In this document: piece by piece, positions 59,279-64,000 of the stretch
Numbering within the stretch: the stretch's first letter is position 1
How the letters are laid out: each line of letters begins with the position of its first letter
NCBI GenBank assembly: GCA_038897035.1
Contig: JAWAXF010000005.1
Coordinates: 4,648-68,647 of the forward strand
Length of the DNA stretch: 64,000 nucleotides
Reading direction: 5' to 3'
DNA from: Candidatus Bathyarchaeia archaeon
GTDB taxonomy: Archaea > Thermoproteota > Bathyarchaeia > Bathyarchaeales > DTEX01
The notes under the pieces: model-generated
The model's input: the letters and a program-made list of their open reading frames with translations, nothing else
The model's database searches: none
Told to the model about the DNA's origin: nothing
Translations under genes and position numbers: made by a program

Positions 59279-59527
59279 TTACTTTATTTTCTTCGCTTCC
59301 CTCTCCGTCTCCCTGAGCATAAGTACGTCACCTAGCCTTACAGGCCCCTTAACGTTTCTAGTAATTATTCTGCCCTTATCTGGCCCATCAAGTATTCTAA
59401 CCCTAACCTGCTCTATCTCGCCAGTCACTCCAGTGCGCCCTATTATCTGGATTACCTCAGCCGGGGTTGGGGGGCCCTCAGCCTCCTTCTCAGTCTCCCT
59501 AGTCTCTCGCGCGGCCTTCTTGCTCAA
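59279..59527 (-). CDS. rps28e: 30S ribosomal protein S28e
   Basis: '[56 protein letters not shown]' is typical S28e. Confidence 0.9.
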   Translation of the reverse strand: MSKKAARETRETEKEAEGPPTPAEVIQIIGRTGVTGEIEQVRVRILDGPDKGRIITRNVKGPVRLGDVLMLRETEREAKKIK

Positions 59528-59532
59528 GAGCT

Positions 59533-59907
59533 TTAACCACCCCTAATCTTCTGAACCCTCTCCATGATCTCCTTAACCAGATCGGCAGCCTGACCTGGAT
59601 CAATTATGCAGGCGGACGACGCTGCAACTTCTATCCCAGCTGCTGAACCCAGCTTAGCCTTACTAGGAACATACACATATGGTACTTTACGCTCATCGCA
59701 TAATAATGGTAAGTGGGCTACAACCTCCGGTGGATCAACATCCTCGGCTATTATGACCAGCTTAGCGAGACCCCTTTCCACAGCCTTAGTGGTCTCATTT
59801 ATTCCTCTCCTAACTTTTCCAGTCCTCTGCGCCACCTGCACTGCCTCATACACTGCGTTAGCCAATTCAGGCGGAACCTCAAACTTCACATAAAATGGTT
59901 TCGGCAT
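59533..59907 (-). CDS. rpl7ae: 50S ribosomal protein L7Ae (K-turn binding protein)
   Basis: '[51 protein letters not shown]' is the L7Ae/L30e family signature. Confidence 0.9.
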   Translation of the reverse strand: MPKPFYVKFEVPPELANAVYEAVQVAQRTGKVRRGINETTKAVERGLAKLVIIAEDVDPPEVVAHLPLLCDERKVPYVYVPSKAKLGSAAGIEVAASSACIIDPGQAADLVKEIMERVQKIRGG

Positions 59908-59974
59908 ATGTCATCAACCTCATTTCCCATGGGATTCAGTTTCACCATAAACCCTAGAAAGAGCAGTTTCCCCC

Positions 59975-59980
59975 TATATA
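59975..59980 (-). promoter_or_regulatory. TATA-like box upstream of rpl7ae
   Basis: The minus strand reads 'TATATAGGGG' about 70 nt upstream of the rpl7ae ATG. This implies a leader of about 40 nt. Confidence 0.3.
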
Positions 59981-60244
59981 CCTTACGGTTCCACTTTTGT
60001 TCATTATAAACTGCTTGGATGGAAAATCTTCGTAGCACCTTTAATAATTAGGATTACGGACCAAGAAGAACCCGTTAGCTATTGGGTCTAGGTCTATTAT
60101 CTTCCTAACCCTTCCAGCTTATCGCCATATCCGCTGGCTTAAGCCCTATCAATCATAAGCCCCCTATAACGCCGCCATAAGCATCCAAAACATTAATAGG
60201 GCACATTGCTAAATTTGAGTAAAGTGCTGTGATGAGGGGCACTG

Positions 60245-61198
60245 ATGCTAGTCTCAGAGGTGCTGCCTGGGCTCTTTATGGTTAGGGTTCCGCTCCCGGG
60301 CAGCCCGCTTAAAGCGCTCAACTCCTACGTCATTAGGGCGGAGAGACCATTAATAATAGACACGGGATTTAACATGGATGTATGCTACGCTGAGCTCGTG
60401 GGAGCCTTGAGGGAAATAGGGGTTAATTATGGGCGCGCTGACTATTTCATAACACACTTTCACCCGGATCACCTAGGTTTAGCGAGCAGACTAACGAACA
60501 GCGTTTATATGGGCGACATCGAGATCGAAGTCAAGCGGAACCTCGCCACTCTCAGATCCGAGAATCTACGATACTTTGAGATGAATGGTGTCCCGCGCAA
60601 GGATATAGAGGAGATGGCGATAAAACTACGTGAGTACGTTGAGGACATAAGCAACATCACCTTCCGGCCATTTAAGGACGGTGAAGTTCTAAAGTATGGA
60701 GATTATAAGTTGAGGACTATATTAACGCCAGGACACACGCCGGGCCACATGTGTCTTTATGATGAGGAAAAGAAGATCTTATTCTCCGGAGACCACATAC
60801 TCTTCGACACGACACCAAACATCTCTTACTGGAGCAGGTATGACACACTAAAAGAATATATTAACAGCCTTGACAAAATCTACGAGCTTGACATAGACCT
60901 AGTGTTCCCCGGGCATGGAAGGCACCAAGGAGGGGTTAGGAAAAGGATCCTAGAGCTCAAGGGGCATCATAAGAGAAGGCTTGAAGAGATAATTGCGGCG
61001 TTAAAGAGCGGTGTGAAGAATGCATGGGAGATCTCTCGCCACATAACATGGAACATATCCTACAGTAACTGGGATAATCTTCCAGCAATTCAAAAGTGGT
61101 TTATCATCAGCGAAACCTTGGCGCACATCACCTACCTAGAAAACATCGGGCTCATAACCAAAGAAAACAAAGATGGAAAAATTTGCTATATTTCTTGA
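60245..61198 (+). CDS. Metallo-beta-lactamase-fold hydrolase with C-terminal winged-helix-like extension
   Basis: 'ITHFHPDHLG' (HxHxDH), 'TPGHTPGH' and 'GDHILF' are MBL motifs. 317 aa. Confidence 0.7.
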   Translation: MLVSEVLPGLFMVRVPLPGSPLKALNSYVIRAERPLIIDTGFNMDVCYAELVGALREIGVNYGRADYFITHFHPDHLGLASRLTNSVYMGDIEIEVKRNLATLRSENLRYFEMNGVPRKDIEEMAIKLREYVEDISNITFRPFKDGEVLKYGDYKLRTILTPGHTPGHMCLYDEEKKILFSGDHILFDTTPNISYWSRYDTLKEYINSLDKIYELDIDLVFPGHGRHQGGVRKRILELKGHHKRRLEEIIAALKSGVKNAWEISRHITWNISYSNWDNLPAIQKWFIISETLAHITYLENIGLITKENKDGKICYIS

Positions 61199-61271
61199 AA
61201 ACTTCAAAATCTCCCACCATTAACGTTTTGCCATTTGGCATCAATAGATGCCCATTTAACCTTCTTTCGCC

Positions 61272-63032
61272 TTATTTGTGAGCATAGTAGGCTGTTATCT
61301 CCCCGTCTACACTATCTATTCTGACAAAGCCGAAGCGCTCAAACTGAACGACCTCATTGATTCTGACGATCTTTATCGAGCGCTCAGCAAACCCCTCGGC
61401 GATGGAATTGTCTGGCATCACAACTTTGCATGGAACACAAGCGTCTTCAGGGATCCAATGTATTAGTGGCGCATTAAGCCTCTTAGCCTCGCTATATGGC
61501 TCGCTGTGGAAGGTCGCGTCCACATAATCCTTGCTGGCGGTCTTAACCTTGACGTTGAATAGTTCCATTAGGCGCACAACCTTTCCAGCGGCAAGCTGCT
61601 CAACGTCCCTGCCAGAAATTAGGAGCGTTGCTGAGCCTCCAACTGGCCTTATATGGAATATCCTATCGCCCCTCTCAGGGCTGTCCGGGTGGAGTGGGAT
61701 CCTCGCAACATAATCTCTTGGAATGCCCTCCACTATAAGTTTTATTGGGTTCCAGACGAAGAAGAATCTGTTAGCTATTGGGTCTATTATCTTCCTATTG
61801 TAGGCGTAGAGGTTCTCCCAGCTTACTGTTATGTCCGCGGGTCTGGGTCCTATCTCAAGTATAAGCCTCTTTATGGCTTCGGGCTTAATGCCCCTACGCT
61901 TAAGCGCCATGAATGTTGCTAGGCGTGGATCATCCCAGCCAGCATAAATTCCCTCAATAACGCCCCGAACAATCTTAGATTTACTTAAGGACGCGCCAAC
62001 GATCTTAAGCCTACCATAATGTATCGCCTCAGGATACTCCCAGCCCAGATATCGGTACATGTACTTCTGTCTCTCCTGGTTTGTTAGGTGCTCCTTACCG
62101 CGTATAATATGTGTTATGCCCATCAGGTGGTCGTCTATACCACAGGCGAAGTTATACAGCGGCCAAACCCTATACTTCGAGCCGACTCTTGGATGCGGAT
62201 ACTTCTTCGTATCTATTATTCTGAGGGCAGGCCAATCCCTGATCGCTGGGTTCGGGTGCTTCAGATCCGTCTTTATGCGCACTACTGCCTCGCCCTCACC
62301 ATAAACCCCGCCCAACATGGCATCCCACCTGCGCATCTGCTCCTCGGGTGGGAGACCCCTACATGGGCATGGTTCACCAACCATAACCCTCGCGTGGAAG
62401 TCATTAGGTTTACATATGCAAACGTAAGCGTAGCCCTCTGAAAGAAGATTCTCAGCATGCCTGTAATAAATTTCTATCCTATCGCTCTGAATATATTCTT
62501 CATCAGGCGGGCAGCCCAGCCACTCAAGATCCTTCCGAATCAAGTCCATGAACTCCAGAGAGGATCTCTTCAGCCTCGGATCCGTGTCCTCAAACCTGAG
62601 AATAAACTTCCCCTTATACATTCTAGCGTACTCATAGCAGAGGATTATCGCCCTAGCTGAGCCTATATGCAGGACGCAGTCCGGGTTCGGTGCAAACCTT
62701 GTGACAGCACGGCCATACTTCTCAACATTAGGTAGTGGGGGCAGCTCTCTCTCCCCAGCTTTCTCCTTCCTAGTCTCAGCTAAGGCCTCGGGCCATAAGG
62801 TCTTTAAGAGATCCATCTGTTCGCTCTGGGACAATTTATTGACTTCCTGAACAACCTCCTCGACAACTGCGGCAACAGTTTTTGCAAGCGTCTTTAGGTC
62901 AGGTCTCTTGCCCAAGAGCCTCCCTAAGACAGGTCTACTTTGAGCCTTCCCACCATGGGAGACCGCATTCAATAGAGCCATCTTCTTAGCCAGATCCCTA
63001 ATAGCACCTAAGTCTATAATGTTGGAACTCAA
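61272..63032 (-). CDS. gltX: Glutamate--tRNA ligase (archaeal/eukaryal type)
   Basis: Class I motif 'PNPDCVLHIGSARA' (HIGH variant), 'FILRFEDTDP' and 'LSKSK' (KMSKS-like). 586 aa. Confidence 0.85.
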   Translation of the reverse strand: MSSNIIDLGAIRDLAKKMALLNAVSHGGKAQSRPVLGRLLGKRPDLKTLAKTVAAVVEEVVQEVNKLSQSEQMDLLKTLWPEALAETRKEKAGERELPPLPNVEKYGRAVTRFAPNPDCVLHIGSARAIILCYEYARMYKGKFILRFEDTDPRLKRSSLEFMDLIRKDLEWLGCPPDEEYIQSDRIEIYYRHAENLLSEGYAYVCICKPNDFHARVMVGEPCPCRGLPPEEQMRRWDAMLGGVYGEGEAVVRIKTDLKHPNPAIRDWPALRIIDTKKYPHPRVGSKYRVWPLYNFACGIDDHLMGITHIIRGKEHLTNQERQKYMYRYLGWEYPEAIHYGRLKIVGASLSKSKIVRGVIEGIYAGWDDPRLATFMALKRRGIKPEAIKRLILEIGPRPADITVSWENLYAYNRKIIDPIANRFFFVWNPIKLIVEGIPRDYVARIPLHPDSPERGDRIFHIRPVGGSATLLISGRDVEQLAAGKVVRLMELFNVKVKTASKDYVDATFHSEPYSEAKRLNAPLIHWIPEDACVPCKVVMPDNSIAEGFAERSIKIVRINEVVQFERFGFVRIDSVDGEITAYYAHK

Positions 63033-63059
63033 TTTTAGGAACCTCTGGATTAAACCCGG

Positions 63060-64000
63060 CTATATTCTTCTTTGAATAAGATACTCGGCGAACATCTTAA
63101 CTTTTTTCCTATCTTCTTCCCTAGGTATAAGTCTCTCTATTCTGCTCCAGCCATCTTCAACCAGCCTCGAAGCAATGTTCTTAGTGTACTCCACCGCACC
63201 GCACTTATGCATTATGTCAATGGCCTTCATCTTGAGCGATTCGTCCTTAGTATGCATGCTGAGTATCCTAAGAAGATCTCTCCTATCGACCTCATCAGCC
63301 CTTCTCAGCGTATATATCACCATCAGGGTTATTTTACCCTCAGTTATATCCATGCCTAGGCCGCCCTTTCTCCTGGCAAATTCCTCACCAGTTATATCAA
63401 GTATATCGTCCTGTATCTGGAAAGCGACGCCGAGGGACTCAGCGAACCTACCAGCTCTCTCAACAGCCTCGTCGCTTAAGCCGGCTAGGATGGCTGCCAT
63501 TTTAGCGGACATCCTAGCGAGGGTTCCCGTCTTATATGCGCACATCTGCAAATAATGCTCCTCACTTAGCCCCTCAGCTGGGATTAGGCCTCTATGCCAA
63601 GCTATGTCGATCGCCTGACCGATGCTTAGCTTCATCATCTCCTGGATGTAAACCTCATATATTTTCCTAGCAACATTAATTGGGATCCTATCCCGCTTAT
63701 CGCTTAGGACTATCATCGGTAGGAAGTACATTGCCTGCGAGAGGTTTACGGCTATGTCTAGGCCGTAGATCCTGTATGTGCACGGCTTGCCCCTTCTCAT
63801 CTCCGAAGAATCCTCTATATCATCGGCTATCAGCGTCCCGTTATGCACGACCTCCGGGATTATAGCGAAGTCCAGTGCGTCCTCCACGAATTCTCCGCCA
63901 AAGGCCTCGTATAACAGCAGAAATAACGCTGGGCGCCAGCGCTTACCACCCCTATCGAGAAACTCCCACATCGGCTCACTAATAGTCCTGTTAAGCGCAT
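63060..64000 (-). CDS. Polyprenyl (geranylgeranyl) diphosphate synthase, N-terminus probably beyond the window edge
   Basis: FARM 'LIADDIEDSSEMRRG' and SARM 'FQIQDDILD'. The reading frame stays open to the window end. Confidence 0.8.
   Translation of the reverse strand, partial: ALNRTISEPMWEFLDRGGKRWRPALFLLLYEAFGGEFVEDALDFAIIPEVVHNGTLIADDIEDSSEMRRGKPCTYRIYGLDIAVNLSQAMYFLPMIVLSDKRDRIPINVARKIYEVYIQEMMKLSIGQAIDIAWHRGLIPAEGLSEEHYLQMCAYKTGTLARMSAKMAAILAGLSDEAVERAGRFAESLGVAFQIQDDILDITGEEFARRKGGLGMDITEGKITLMVIYTLRRADEVDRRDLLRILSMHTKDESLKMKAIDIMHKCGAVEYTKNIASRLVEDGWSRIERLIPREEDRKKVKMFAEYLIQRRI

Noticed and set aside
60222-60247. 'AGUGC-UGUGAUGAGGG-GCACU-GAUG', with C-box and D-box-like motifs, just before the MBL hydrolase start.
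   Set aside because: The boxes are only 6 nt apart, too close for a guide RNA. The CUGA overlaps the stem and the start codon. This is probably a simple 5-bp hairpin or a chance occurrence.

Overview
This is an archaeal chromosomal segment, mostly densely packed housekeeping genes on both strands. Archaeal markers include ribosomal proteins L14e, S10, L37e, L40e, L24e, S28e and L7Ae, an LSm protein, aCPSF1, Kae1 and Bud32, glycerol-1-phosphate dehydrogenase, geranylgeranyl reductase, ATP-dependent DNA ligase and archaeal-type GluRS. Three tRNA genes are present. tRNA-Ser carries one intron with a bulge-helix-bulge (BHB) fold, and tRNA-Leu carries two. The cbf5 gene looks frameshifted in the ORF track, but a 29-nt BHB-type intron explains the break. 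These RNA-splicing features, separate kae1 and bud32 genes, a SepF homolog and an H4MPT-pathway Mtd suggest a TACK/Thermoproteota-like, possibly Bathyarchaeia-like, lineage; this is inference only. Metabolic content includes an isopropylmalate/homocitrate-type 2-oxoacid elongation cluster, tungsten AOR with its ferredoxin and a MobA-like gene, MoaD/MoaE, HypA/HypE with an Mrp/MinD ATPase, transketolase and TrpB2. The three most interesting loci are listed here.
(1) A co-directional cluster at 1981-7270 encodes a double-MvhD polyferredoxin, an NfnAB/SudAB-like pair, a MetF-like protein and Mtd. It may be an undescribed flavin-based methylene-H4MPT reductase module.
(2) Two tandem NurA/HerA nuclease-ATPase modules plus a small metallophosphoesterase lie at 22070-28867, with no Mre11 or Rad50 in the window.
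(3) An accessory-looking region follows tRNA-Leu at 50584-55174. It has about 0.8 kb without ORFs, repeated GGGGATGATGAG motifs, a candidate C/D-box sRNA, a phage Gp37/Gp68-like gene and divergent secreted proteins.
A 139-nt near-perfect hairpin at 46007-46145 is also unexplained. I found no CRISPR array, rRNA gene or recognisable transposase or integrase. All family assignments come from motif recognition by eye and need HMM or BLAST confirmation.
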